A DNA stretch of 64,000 bases from Marsupella aquatica (taxonomy: Eukaryota > Plantae > Marchantiophyta). Within the stretch, counting starts at the first letter, position 1. Every line of letters begins with the position of its first letter. The notes under the pieces are model-generated. The model was not told where the DNA came from. It saw only the letters and a list, made by a program, of their open reading frames with translations, and searched no databases. Below are positions 36,959 through 51,000 of the stretch, piece after piece. Where the stretch lies: assembly GCA_973895155.1 (NCBI GenBank), contig OZ316892.1, positions 23,413,168 through 23,477,167 on the forward strand, read 5' to 3'. The translations under genes and the position numbers were made by a program.

Positions 36959-39900
36959 GTGCCATGCGACCATGGCCAAGTGGTTTCTGTTCATCACTTG
37001 TACTTGTCTGAGATATATTTAACACAAGGCAGAATTGACACACTCCCATGTTGGGAAAACTCCCACTTAAGCACCTTTTTTCCTAGCATGCTAACACTAA
37101 AGTGGGTAAAAGGGCAAAGTGTGTAAAGTGAACAAAATCCCACATTGCATGATAGGGAACATTCCTCACTTTGAATATAGGAATTTGACAAGTAGGAAAA
37201 ACTCCAAGGAGAAATAACAAATGTGTACTTTGATTTCTTTTGTGTGCAACTTCATTTTGTAGATAGAGTGCAAGCATCCATGTCATGCATAGTACCCATT
37301 TAGAACTCATTGACACTGCTTGGAAGCCCAAAATTGATGCTTTGATTAAAGATTATGCCTTCGGCAGTTCTAGTGACTGTTTGGAGGTAAGTGTACAAAC
37401 CCCCAGAGGAACAGGACAGATTTGGCAAACCCCTCTACATATCCTTTAACATTGTTTTTTTTTGTAAAACATACAAATCCTTTAACATTGTTTTTTTTTG
37501 TAAGTAGGGTTTAAGAATACCAACATTAAGCTAGGGCAAAAGCCCCACATATGGTAGGATAAATTTGATTTCCTACCTAGGAACGTGACGTGACAGTTTT
37601 GCCTTGTGTAATTTCTCGTTCTACATTATCGAGGCTGATGAGAATCGCATCCACTAGCTAGGCCTTCCCCATATTTCTCGTTGTACATTATCCAGGCTGA
37701 TTAGAATCGCGTCCACTGGGCCGCCCCCACCCTTGATCGAGGGACTGCTGCCAGCACAGCTTCGGAATCTAGTCCTACCAATGTCCTCTCTACTTCAGTT
37801 TCAATGGAATGAATCAGTCAATTAATCTGCTGCTAGCATTTCCAAGGCGTCTGTGCTAGCGAGCTGAACACTCCCTACCCAACTACCTCAGGTTGAGGCT
37901 CGTGCTGCACTGGCCTGGAGTGTGATGTGACAGAATATATCTAATTCTACCGATGTCCTTCCTCTTTCATATACTTGAAATGGGATGAATAAGTCGATCT
38001 GTTGCTAAAATTGTCGATCAAGGCGTCTCTTCTAGCGAGCTGAGCACTACCTCCCGAATTACCTGAGCAGGTTGATGCTCCTGATTCACTCACCTGGCCG
38101 GAATGTGATGTGACAGAATTGGGTTCCTTGCCACTTTATATGAAATGCAAGACTGTGGTACCCTGCAGGATGCTGGAAGATTCAGATTGTCGAGTTCGTC
38201 TGGTGGATTGTCTTTCGGTTTCACGGCACAAAACTTAACGATTGTTCGATCTAGAGGTTGACGAGAAACCTGTTGCTGCCCAGTATCGAACTCATTTTAT
38301 TTTAGCAGAATCTTCTTGTTTTGGGGTCCATGTTTCCCGCATTGGAACGTGCCACTGTCAATATGAAGTTTCAGAAAATAAAACATATCTACAAATCTTG
38401 GCATCTATGCGACGTGTACGACCTCTTGACGTCACGGCACTCTCACTTGAATCTCCTTCTTTATCATGATATTATCAGACTTCCTAACAGGTTCAGTTAA
38501 TTTTTCCGCTTTTCTAGTTAGACGTCCGAAACAGAGGCAATTTAAAGCGAGCTTCGAGTTTGCATGAGTGATTGAAGATTTATGCTAAATAAAATGGCGT
38601 GTAAATAGAGAAAATTTTAACTTTATGCCATGGGTCGTTAGAGTTGGATCGATAGAGTCTGATTTTCCGACTAGCGGTAGGTGCGGAGTATTTGAAGTTT
38701 CTATCACCAGATTCCGAAAACTTTTTGAAAGGATCTACAGGTGGAAAGCGAAATAGCTGTAACATTCTATTCTATGTCACTAGCTAGAATCATGATCGAG
38801 GTACATCGTACATCTCTTGCGCCTGAAAACTAGTAGCCACACGCAGTAGCATTTTTACATCTGAATTCACATATCAGCGGAGCAACACTGACTGCTTGCC
38901 ATCGAAAGGGCCGCAGTTTACATGACTGATCGACATGTTAGTGTTGCCAACAATACCAGCAACAACTCTGATATCTTCACCGCAACTTAAAATAGTGCTT
39001 TGTTCTTAGTTTAGAACAAAAAAGCCTTTTCTACAGGCCGACCTTTCATGCCAAGGTGGCTCCAGGTGTTTTGTCGGGTCCTGTTTTTTCAAAAAAATTA
39101 TCATCTAGGGAGCCTTGGATTAATTACGCCTGCCATCCTTCATAAAAAAGGTAATTCATATGTTATCATGTTCAGGACAGAAGTCCTGGCCTCTGAACGT
39201 TTGAATCAGGGAAATCTAAGTACTCTACGCCTATCCATATGTCGGCTATCTGAGAGAAAGTTACGCACAAAACACCTTTTCATGTGCATGCATCCACTTC
39301 AGTAGCCAAAACGACAAACTCGGGTCTGGTTAGGTGATTTCAGTTTCAGATTAGTTTGGATTAATATGGAAACGACATTTGAGCGAACGTTTGAGTAACG
39401 ATAATGACACAAGCCCTGCAAATGAACGCCTGCCTAACTTACAACACACGAAGGCTTATGTTTTGTCACTTCTTGGTTTTCGATCTCTTAATGTGTCGAG
39501 CGGGAACTTTTTATGAGTCTACCATTTTTCATTAACAACGTAAGTTAGCTATGTTGACAAGAGAACTCCTGGAATGCGAGATTTTTTAAGAAATTTAATC
39601 ACCCTGCACTTATCCGTCGTTAGCTAGTGGGAAAGTCACTCATGTATGGAGAAACTAGTATGATCAGATTTGGGTGTGATATGCACGAACCCAATCCACG
39701 TTCAGCTACAAAGAAACAACTCGAGCCTGGCTACATTTATTATAGTTTCAATTGATTACCCTGGATTATCGAAAAGGCACTCGGGCGACAATGATGACCA
39801 CATTTAGTACAAGAAATATGTTAAGTAACTTCCGTCCCACATTCTAGCTACGATTGGAATATAGTACCTTCTTGTGCGGCCACGGGATCCATTCACACCT

Positions 39901-42779
39901 GAAGCTGGAGGTCCTTGGCTCCTTGCCTAGGTAGAATTGCCCCGTCAACAGTAAGTCTTCACTGTCTCCCCGAATCTTTGCCGGGAATCTTTGTTAGTTT
40001 CTCTCTTTTTTGTCTTTTTGCTCTAGCTAGATACAAAGATGAAAACCTTGTGACAATTCCAAATTTCTGTTTACTAGTGGCTTCCCATGTAGTGATGCTG
40101 TGTTTCTTCGGTATGAACTAACTAAGAGGATCACCTAAAGTATGCTCAAGTTATGGCTGTCACTAGTGATAGTGTTCTCAGTCAGTTATTTAAATTATAG
40201 ATAAACCAAACCTGAAGAGGCCAATTCCAGCAATTGCAAACCCAAAAAGCCCATTCTCCAGAGCCAAGAGGTTAGTATTGGATTCGTCGTGTTCAATGTC
40301 ATTATATAAATAGTTCAACAAAGCCCATATCAAAGAGGTGGAGAAGTCTACAATGTATGCGGATGTGAAATGATTGAGATGCGCGATGAAGGGGCACGTT
40401 GATGAATGACTTCATAGGACGAATAAATTCCTCTTCAAAGGGTTATCTGCCTCAAGGAGAATTGGGTATGTCATGAATTAAGATGCATACTCTGGGGCGG
40501 CTCCATGATATTTTGTTGGGATAAAGTGACCCTGCCTTGGCGCAGAGCTTTATCAGCGCAATTCTGAATTTCTGAAACCTCAATTGTTGGATCGTCGTTA
40601 ACCATTATTGCTGGAAACCGGTTAACTACTTGCCTCCAACCAGTCATGCAGCACCGCAAACCCTTTCCTGCCACCGTAATCAGTCTGCAACAGATGCCCC
40701 GTGTTCTCCAACAAGGTTCACCAATTTACGTACGCCCAAAAACCCTTGAGACAATGCAATCAAGATCGAATAACTCGTCCCAAAATTACCTCAGAAACTG
40801 TCGTTGCTCTGTTTTTGCTCTATACAGTTTGTTAGGGTCGGGTTAATACTTCAATGTAAACGAATATACAGAACACACCGGCGCACATTTGAAGGTTTTG
40901 TTTAAGTTTTGCTATGCGCAGCTCTTAGTGCTCTTTTGATAAGGTCTCTGACTGACCACTCCAACCGCTCAATTCCTCGCGCGTTGACCAAGCTATGCAG
41001 ATAGCAGATTAGCATGCAGGACCAAAAGGTCCATCAGGACCTTTTGAGTAATAGGCTCCAGAAGAGGTATTCTATAATGCGAGCAAACATGAATTTTGTT
41101 AGCCAAGGAGTATTGTTAGCTAGACACTTGTGTTTTTTAATGTCTTTTTCGTTTCGTTGCCTTTTTCAATTTTTGGTGTGTTTTATATGACTCCAGATGG
41201 CTAGCGAGATCAGTAGCAAAGCGAGGAGTCCCCAAAATGGATATTATCAATCAGATGAGTCCCCAAAATGGATATTATCAACCAGGTTATTATCAACCAG
41301 GTTACTGTCTCACAGACAATTGCATATAGAAAAATTGGGAGTCATGTGAGTAAAAAATTTTGCTCATGCGAGGAAAATTTCTAGTGTTTTCTCGCAGGCT
41401 ACAATGACCCTGCTCCAGAATAGCTGTAGGCACAAGAAAATGAAGACGGACTGGGATTTTGAGAGAGCTTTGTCTTAGCTCTTGTGGGTATTATGGTTGG
41501 ACTAGTTGGGTGTTTTCTTGTGTGCTGTCTTGCCCAGCCCCTTTTGCGCCGTTCCCGTTGCCTGGCGGCTTCCATCCCCTGGCTTGGTACTGACAGGCCC
41601 TGCGTCCCCCCCTTTTTCAAAATTCCCACAAAAGCAAACAAAAACTAAAAACCTAGGCAGGTCGCACTTGTCCAATCATATGGATATTCCCAAGCTTCGT
41701 ACTCCTCCCCATCAGGAAGTGTCTCCCAAGGAACTATACTTCCAATGTAGCCGGCTCTGGCCATTTCGCTTCAGAATCAAGTGAGAACATGGAAGGGATT
41801 AAAGTTATCAACGGCGAGATTGAGTGTCCAGAAACAACACAATGTGTGATAACTCCAGAGCAGTACCCTGAGATGGCGGTACATACAGCAGTTGTGACAC
41901 TCGACTCAGTAGCACTTGTGGTGGATACGGATTGATGCTGGCTAGGAGTAACGAGAGACTTTAAAATATGATGCTAAAGGGGCACTGCGGCACCTGGGTC
42001 CAGATCTGTGCCGGGTACCTGGGCATCCTGCAGATGTGCTTTAGCCGAGACAGATCTAACATCATCAGTGGGGAAATTATATCCGAGTAACATAAATACA
42101 CAAAATCAGTTCAAGATCCCAAGGGAAAGGAGATGTGTCTGTGCCACACGTTGAGACCCGCACCAGTCAGTAGCAGGCACATTCTATGGTCAAGTTATCG
42201 ATTTGTCCTTGGCATGTCCTACATGTTTTTCGTACCAAGTTTTGACTCCCATCACATAGGAACACATGTATATCTGGATAAATATTGTTGGTGTACCAAA
42301 AGATTAAAAAGCTTGGACCGTGGCCGAGATTGGCCTGGAGTCCACACAATAGGAATCGAAAATTCAAGTAAGCAATTTTCACTGTGGAATGTTGATGCGT
42401 ACAAATCAAATTATGATAATCTAATGCTAATTGAGAAAATTCTCGTTGGAAACAGCATTTTAAGTTTCGTGAATTGTGTGGGTGGAGGTGTTAGGCAATG
42501 TACTTATATCGCTTTCCACTTCGTCATTGACTCTTTAAATTAATAGAGGAACTGCAGCCTCTACTTTGGAGATTTCTGATACAGCTCGTGACCTACCAGA
42601 CTGTTTGAATCATTCGAGGTCTTTAGAGCAACGTGAAGTTTCTAAATTGTACTGTTCCCTCTGATTCATAAATTGCTGCATACTGCAAGTGAGCTACTAG
42701 TCCGAGTCATTCTTCCAAATTCCTCTTAAATAATGAGATGTTCAATTCTTCGTCGAGTAGCTATTCTACCCCTTTTGAA

Positions 42780-43901
42780 TTATACTAGAGAGCTCAACTT
42801 AGCTTGGAAAGTCACCACATCGTCCACAGGAGTAAACTTCTCGGGATACGGTACCCAGCTCCATGAATTAGTCAAGAAGTTGAAGATCACAACGGAGAGT
42901 CCTGAAGAGCAGCGGGAGATGAAGTACATCAAATGTTCGAGCCCAGCACACTTGAAGTCTTGAATTCCATCTCCCAAGGTAGCCACAAACTTGTTGTGAA
43001 TGTCTTCAGGCATCCTCCCGATTTCTACCCACACCAAGTTGGTTTGGTCGAGCTCCCAAATGCGCACACTCTGCGGTTTCAAAAAATTCCAGCCCTGCCT
43101 CCAGTATTTGTGAACTCCTCCAACCAGGAGCAGGCTACCATTTCTCTCCACCAGCCGAGGGCGCACAAGGAAACGAGGTAAGGGTGCTTCGAGCTTACGC
43201 CAAACTCCATCCTCTACATTCACCAGCATCACTTTGATGGACCAGCCAGCCATCATGTAGTAAACGCAACCATTGCAGACCAGACCGTACGACCGAAAAT
43301 CCACATCCTGCGGTATTGCACCACCCACTTTCATCCAAGAATCCGTGCACGAGAAATATATTTGAGTTATCCGAAACCAACCAGACGCTGCATTACCCAC
43401 CACAATAATTTTGTACTGCTGTCGAGCCTTCTCAAACACCATGCAAGTAGCCAAATCGAAGTGGTGCCCAAAGGAAACCCGAGGTAGCAGCTTCAGGGCT
43501 GGAGAAGGTAGCTGCCTCCATGACCTGGTGGTGGGATTGCAGACGAAGAAAGCAGCAGCTTGCTTGATCGTAGCAGCAAAGCAGAGCAAGCCCCCAGCTG
43601 ACGCTGCCAAGTAGACTCCCCGTCGAAGATGAGGGACTGGGAAAGCCAGAAAGAGATTATACCAAGTTGGCGACTCAGGATTATAGCCTACAAAGATCTC
43701 GCAATCAGGACTGGTCCCAAGCAAGCAGGGGGTCGGACAAGGATCTCCAGTGCAAAGATTCAACAGGTTGCGGGAGACAACGAGAGAGTTCCATGTTCTG
43801 CAGGTGGAGCGCAGATTTAATATGGTCGGGAGAGGCAGCCTAGACAGCACTTTTTCCACAAGGTCTTCTGGCAGATCACTCCATTGTACGCATTCACCCA
43901 T
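42780..43901 (-). CDS. F-box protein with kelch-like/F-box-associated beta-propeller, intronless CDS
   Basis: WSDLPEDLVEKVLSRLPL...LRSTCRTWN F-box; LAASAGGLLCF, VCNPTTRSWRQLP, RPRLVERNGSLLLVGG and IWELD...WVEIGRMP typical of plant F-box/kelch proteins. Confidence 0.93.
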   Translation of the reverse strand: MGECVQWSDLPEDLVEKVLSRLPLPTILNLRSTCRTWNSLVVSRNLLNLCTGDPCPTPCLLGTSPDCEIFVGYNPESPTWYNLFLAFPVPHLRRGVYLAASAGGLLCFAATIKQAAAFFVCNPTTRSWRQLPSPALKLLPRVSFGHHFDLATCMVFEKARQQYKIIVVGNAASGWFRITQIYFSCTDSWMKVGGAIPQDVDFRSYGLVCNGCVYYMMAGWSIKVMLVNVEDGVWRKLEAPLPRFLVRPRLVERNGSLLLVGGVHKYWRQGWNFLKPQSVRIWELDQTNLVWVEIGRMPEDIHNKFVATLGDGIQDFKCAGLEHLMYFISRCSSGLSVVIFNFLTNSWSWVPYPEKFTPVDDVVTFQAKLSSLV

Positions 43902-45655
43902 ATTCCACAGGTACTCCTCACGTTACGACCGGAAGCTTCAACCAAATATTACGGACAACAACCAACCGAAACTAATGTCAAAAGCGAGGAAGAAAGATAA
44001 GAGACTAAGTAATAATAGGGGTTTCTTCTCGCAGTCTAATTTCCATCTATTTATCACATGGAGGAACAATTCTCGAGTTCCAAGCAAAACATTGCATTAT
44101 ACGGAGCTCGAATAAATCGGACCCAAACCAAAACATAGAAATTTCAGGAAAATTTAGACATCTAGCCAACACCCTTGCAATGAAAAGCTGAAGCTAAAGC
44201 ATTTTTCAGGAGAATTAAGATTCCAATACTCCCCCATACAAAGCGTTCCCTTCAAAATTTCATCACACATCTGGGTACTAAAAATATCAACCAGAATATG
44301 ACAAAAAGATTTCAAAACAACTATACCTAAAACACAAGCCCTAGTCATAGTTCCCAGCAGCAGGCTGGATTCCCAAAAGTACGGAGCGCACCTTCACTGC
44401 ACCTGCCAGTATGAAGAGGAGAACGGCGACCGACATATGGCATTTATCTGCCTTCTCAATGCGAAGGGAACCAAGAAGGATGGAGCGCTGTTGTAGGTCA
44501 ATCCATGATACCACCACCCCCAGCCAGAACGTGATTTCTTACCACAATTATGCAAAAAACACTACGTTGGCATCACAAGGACAGCGTTCAGACAATCCCA
44601 CAGTTGGAGAACAGATTACTAGACACTAGGAAAACAGCAATGACTGGAGTAACACGTAATTACAAGAACCTACTCTAATTCCTCGCGACACAATTGCTGC
44701 AGGTCAGGAGGGTTACAAACGCAACAAGTACAGGAACTAAAATGCAGCGACGCTCAATGCGGTGACACAAAAGGAAAAGCAAAGATTGATCTCCAACACG
44801 CAAATAGAAACCCAAACGCATACATTCATGCAAGGAAACCAAAGAAAGCAAACAAAGAGACAAACAAACAAAACCCTGTTCGGGGAACTAACAGTGCTCG
44901 TAACTGTCCGAACGATCTCAGATGCACGAGGACGGTACAGTAAAAGCGAGGAGCTCAAGGAAAGACGGGAATTGGCGAAGGCTTACCCCTGTGCAGAGAG
45001 GAGACCTCCCTCTATCACCAATCCAAATGGACACGAACAATGCACCGCAATGCAACTCAATCAAACGAAATGCAACGGTGTCACCCGAGCTCGAGCAGCT
45101 CCAAAAGGAACGAGAAACCAGAGGAAAGCGAGCGAAACTCAGCAGAATGGTGGGCGATTACGATGTCGATCGCAGAATTGCAGAATTGCAACAGAAAAGA
45201 ATGATCAAACGATAACAGTCAGATGCGAGCATTCGAATGTCGAGTGCCGAATTGCCGAATTGTGAATGGCTTCTGTGACATGACAGAGAGAGCGAACGTT
45301 CACGTTAGCATTGAGCAGCGAGAACCAAAAGGGAGGGACAGGTGGCGAAGAAACAATGGCCGCACAAGCGACTGGATTCGCCTGACAGTTATTACACAAG
45401 ATTCTTTTTACACCCCTGTCAACGGAGGTGTTTCGTTCGATGGCCGCAAACACTGCCGTCGATTCTCGAGTAAAGAGAACGACGTTTTTGTTATTAAATG
45501 GTAAAAGAGTACCAATTTAATTTTTCAGCTTTTTTGCCACCTGTCCCCCAAACTGTCATTTTATTAAGATGTACTCCAAACAAAATTTATTAGTCCCCCG
45601 AAACAAAATGAATTAACAACTCCTCTCCATTTCATACACGGGATACATGATAGTA

Positions 45656-46129
45656 TTAACTCATGACCCCGGGTTCCCATTGCCATGTGGCAAGTTGGCA
45701 CTGGCTAGCCTTAACTTGCCGCCACCCCCCTTCCCCTTCCCCTTCCACGTTGTGGGGCACAGTTGCAGGCCCAGGAGGAGAAAAACCATGTCAGGCTGAG
45801 TCTGAGGCCAATGGGTCCCTCCTCTTTTGGCCCAATCAGATTCTTGCATGGGCAAAAAAATGGCAACATTCTGCATCTTTTTGCATGAAAAAATGATGGG
45901 GCAAAAAATGAGGTTTTCCTGCATTTCGCTGATTAAAAGTGAGGATCAAGAATATCAGGTTCTCGTGAGGGGAGTGTGGAGCAAAAAATGACGTGTTTTT
46001 GCCCCTCCTTGGCCTGTGACTGTGCCCTGCAATGGGGCCTGCAAGGGGGAAAAGGGAAGGGGGGTCACAGCAGGCTAAGGCTAGGCAATGATGCCTTGCC
46101 ACATTGCAATGGAACCCAGTCTCAACTTA
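45656..46129. mobile_element. Foldback/MITE-like element with long imperfect terminal inverted repeats
   Basis: gggttcccattgccatgtggcaag pairs with cttgccacattgcaatggaaccc; inner arms gggcacagt/actgtgccc and ggaggagaaaaaccatgtca/tgacgtgtttttgcccctcc also pair; TTAA at both outer edges. Confidence 0.7.
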
Positions 46130-47892
46130 ATAAGTCTAACATTGGGTAGTTTGGGGGCAGGTTGGTAAATTTTGTTGATTTTTAAAGGCCAAACAAAGCA
46201 CAGTAGAGTAAGTTAAAGCAAACGAGGTCCTAAGAGGACAACACTACATACTAAAAGCCAGGGCAAATGCAAACTCCAAACTAAGCAAAATGATGAGAGG
46301 AAAATAGACCATAATAATAGTGTGATTTGCTCATGATAGTTTGGCTTTTGTGAAGGAAACCAGTCTGCTTTGGAAACAATCCTGCAAAAATCTGCATTTT
46401 GTAATAAAGTTGTCCATAGTGTGGCAAAATTGGGGTGAGTTGACTCTTATTTAGGAAGGGACTCAATGATGAGTTAAGTGTTATCTCTCCGTTTAGCTAC
46501 AGTACTCAAGATTTGAGACTACAACTGTGTCTGAAGTTAAGAGGGTCTGAAACTGTCAGTTTTGGGATGTGCTTTTTCTAAGTCACATGCAATTCTTTTG
46601 GAGTGGAATGAGAAAACCAGAATGAGACAAGTTTGAGTTCATAACACTGGTCCCCCTCACTGGTCCACAGCCTCAGTCAGAGTTTGATTAGTCAATCTGT
46701 GTAAGTGTGAGAATATCCTGTTATGTACTTTTCGAGCTTAACTGCAATGATCATCCTTCATTTCACCCTGGCAGATAATTGTAATGTACGATATTTCCTT
46801 TAAACCGCAAATACGGGTATAAGGGGCTCTGGGTTACCCGGAGTCCTCATTCTCAACTGCATCCAACACTTGAAACAGCGGAAAGCACAGCAGCGCCTCT
46901 CTTGAGCCATTTGATTTGCATTGAAAGCTGCACTTACCCTCAGCCATCAGATCAGATCTATGGCTCAAATCGTAGGTCTCATTGAGATCTACATCTGTGA
47001 TAAAAAGCAGGCAAAATGGTTGAACATTTTGCGAGAAATAACAAAAAAACAAATGGGGCAATCTGATTGGCCAAATTTGAAATTTGAATTTCAGGGGGAA
47101 GGGCCGATCTGAGCCGTCTCCATTTGTTGTCTCCATAAATCTCGTCCGTCCATCATAGTGGCCAATCTATGGCTCAAAAGAAAGATATCAAAGAGATCTA
47201 TGGATGGGTTTTGTCCGTTTTATAAATGAATTAATATTTTTCAAACAAAAAATAAAACAAATCCAAGCCTTCCTAGCCGTCGATTTCGTTAATTTTCAAT
47301 CTTTGTCGTCCATTTTGTAATGCCTCTAGAAATCTTATTCATCCATGTTAGAAGGCGATCTAGGGTGCAAAATAAAGATCTCAATGAGATCTACCACTGG
47401 GTATTTTTTGTTTTGAAAATAAGTAAATAGTTTTGAGTATAAAATTCGCTGAACTTTCAAGTTTCCAGCCATTCCTCCTCCCCGATCCTGGGTTTCTATG
47501 CGCCGTACAATACAAGAGGTCCTTATATACCGGGAGTTGTGGTTTAAATAAAATCCAGTTGTTTGTGGGGGGGGGGGGGGGGGGGGGTGCTCCCACCCAT
47601 TTCAGTGAGAACTTCAAAACTCTCATAACACTATTGAAACTTGAACAAAGCAAGAAACTTTGTTTCAACCAGACGGCAAACTTGGGTTTTATATTGGGTT
47701 GCCAGGGAACTCAGATTTTTCAGTACCTTTCTCGTATGAAGTACACCTGGTAGAGTGTAGTGCTCTCCATATAGTACAATCATGCATACAAAAGTGCACA
47801 TCATATTCTGGGGAACTTTTGAATGCCATCTCATTAGTTCAGCACAGGGGGCGATGAATGGCTCAAAACATAAAGCCCACTGACAGTTACTT

Positions 47893-48028
47893 TCCAGAGG
47901 AATTCACGTCTCAGAAAAGTTTCTAGTACTCGTTTACATTCCAGAGAAACTCACATCTCAGAAACGTTTGTAGTGTTCATTTACATTCATGAGAAACTCG
48001 CGTGTCAGAAAAGTTCATAGTATTTACG
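47893..48028 (+). repeat. ~47-bp tandem repeat, 3 units
   Basis: tccagagaaactcacatctcagaaa(a/c)gttt...tttacat repeated. Confidence 0.75.
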
Positions 48029-51000
48029 AAATCACCAGAAAATCATTTTTATGGTAGGGAGGTCCTTTGATGGGAATACTTATGAACTTTTCTGAGTTGT
48101 GAGTTTCCAAATTCACGTACCCTGGCAACCCAGTAGTACATCTGCAGTAGATAAAATCCACGATTTGTTCTTGCTTGACCATTAGTTCTGGATGTCTAGC
48201 TGACAAAATTCGATTTCCCACTTTCTTTCCATATTTTGCGGTTTTCAGCTGCAGGTTGTGCAAAGGTTCCGTGCCTACAAGATCTAATCCTGTACCTTGC
48301 TGGATACACATGAAGTGGTTTCTACAGACGAAACCCCCGTAAATGTTTATTATAATCTGAAGTTTTGTGGTAGTACCTGGACTCCAGCCCATAACCCTGT
48401 GCAAATGCCAATTGCCCATCTAACTATCTGAGTATAATATAGGCCTACATTGAATGATTCGTGTCATTAATTTTGACATGACTTCACATCACATTCGGAT
48501 TTTATCAGATCACGCAATACGCAGATTTCGCACTAATCAGATTCCGTACTCTGGTGGAGTGCAGTACAGATCGACGACAGAGCTTCATTCAATTAGTTGA
48601 TTCCGTCATTCACAATGATCCAGAAGAAGTTGGATCCCGATCGATTCATTCTTCGTGAGCATCCATTAAGCTTTTTGTTCCCCCGTCTCATGTTCTTATT
48701 GAGAGATTTCAAATGCAGGTCATCAACACTTCCATTTTTTTCACTCTGTCCAGTGCTATACAAGTAGATGGCCCCCTGAGCTACACCGACTCCGTCAAAT
48801 GGCACGAAGTCACATTGAGACAAATCAGTCAAATTAATACTCTGTTATTTGCGTCCTGTCAACTCTGGAAATATTCGAGGCTGTTAGCAGTCGAGCCACG
48901 ATGGTCCAATACATTCGGTTTGCTGCATGTGCATGCAGAAAAGAGAAAGTACGGACAGCAATTTGCAATGCAAGGACGCTACAAGAGCCTCAACGTACTC
49001 CAGTTCCCAATTGCATCTTCTTCATAATTCTACATTTGACCAAGGACAGGTTGTATTAAACCACAGCTCCGGGTATTAAACGAATGCAGACAGTAGTACA
49101 ATCACGGGGTTCACTCTCGGTGTCTGGGGTCAACGAAAGAGTAATCACAGATCTTGCATGCATTGGTCTTCCAATTGAACCTCATGAGCACGATTGGCTT
49201 CTTGGACACTCATGACTCATCTTCATCACTACGTTACAACTTTCCAAGAAGACTCGATCAGATTCTTGTGGTGAGCATCATGACAAAGGGAGCCTAGCCT
49301 CACCTAAGTGAAGCTCAAGCATGGAATTTGGCTCAGGTGGGGGTTGAAATGTAGAGGTTATTGACCTTGCCTATCAAACTTGTCTTCCTCGTAATCTTGG
49401 TCCATGGTCAACTTTCACCACCAGGTACCACTACTTTAGGAAACCATTATGATGACTCGCCCTACCGTTCTCGCTTTGTATTACAGTAGTCACGAGGCAA
49501 CATGACTGTGATCACATGGTTCTAGTCTCGGTGGAATCACATTGAAAGGCCCATCCCAGCTATAGAAGCCATCTAGTACACAAGGCCGAGAAAAGGAACA
49601 TTCTCTCAGATTAATTTTCCTGCCACCTACCCCACCCAAGAAATAGGAGCCAATGGCATTGGCCCTTTCTTGAGGGAGGCACAAGCCATTAATATATATC
49701 TTCCATTTCAGCATATGAGATTAGATTTCTAAAATTTATAGGCCCATGGTACTTCAAGGTTCTTGGGTGTTGTAGCTAGACTAGTATGTGAGCACAATGA
49801 GGTGCTCCTCCAGGGTATAGGTCCTCTTCAATCGTCTGACCTCAGCATCTCTTAACTATGGTGAAGCTGTGTTTTTGTTAACCTAGCCGGACACTAGAAA
49901 GTATCAACAAGAAGCTCATGCTGCTGCTAGTAGCACCTCCTTTCTACCACCCTCCATGTTGAGGTATCTTCTTGGACTTGAGGGTATTACTTAGTGTCTT
50001 GGTGGAGTCTCCATTGTGCAATTTCTGTGCTAGTGGGAAAATAAACCACTTAAGTTGTGTCAAAGAGCATGCCAAACACAACAGTTTTTGAGTTTTGATT
50101 TGAAACACACTAGCCCATGCTTGCAATATTTGGTTGGAACTTGGTGCCCCCCCCCCACACACACACACACATGCAACGTTTTAAAAGCTTAGACCAAAAA
50201 TGACGAAATACAATGGACTTTTTACCCGTTATTATTATTCATTTGGAATCTTCTTGGAATGTTTAAATATCTGGTTAAAACAACCTTATCTTTCTTATAA
50301 GGCTCAAAATTGGATCTAAAATAACCTATTATTCTGGTAAGGTCAAAATGAGATTGGATCTCCACAAAACTTCTCGACAAATTGGAGGACGGTCGTTTTG
50401 AAGAAACCCAATGTTCACTCAATAGGCCGGCCAAGAATGGCTAGGAATAAATAATTTAGAAGCTCTGACTTAAAGTCTGAGCCCAGGGCACTTTACTCCA
50501 AAAGCATAGTGACAGCCCTTATAGGTGATGTACCTAACATTGCACATAGGCAGGGCCACACAGTCAAGAGAAGAGGACGTCTTCCTTTGGTATTGTTGAT
50601 TCCAAACTCATGTTATCGTACTGAAAACACATGTTTGAATAGATGCATAATTAGGAATCTCACATGGGCAAAAGGTTCCCTCAAAAAGTAGAAAAAATAA
50701 GGAGGATAAAATACCAATTAGAGTCCTGGAATGTAGTGTTTTTCCAGTTACAGTAACCTGAAACTGACCATGTGGATGCATTGCCTCCTGCGAGGCCCAA
50801 GGCAACGACGATATGCGGTGGCACATGATATTCATGTGGACTTATTAAAGATGAACTGCTACAATATTCTCCTTGCGAACCACGAGCGTTCTCCTCAAAC
50901 CCAACTAGTGACCGAAAGGTATAATACCAGTGAGAAGACTCTCTTAGGTAAGGGGTCGGGCCTTTCTCGAGCATGAGACAACTTCACAAATGAGTCCGTT

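Noticed and set aside
36425-37126. 233-aa Pro-rich ORF
   Set aside because: Translation of the C-rich tandem repeat with a non-ATG start.
44762-45265. 167-aa ORF upstream of the F-box gene
   Set aside because: Antisense to a probable 5'UTR/intron, low-complexity A-rich sequence, no domain.
47567-47587. Poly-G run
   Set aside because: Simple homopolymer of unreliable length, no supporting context.
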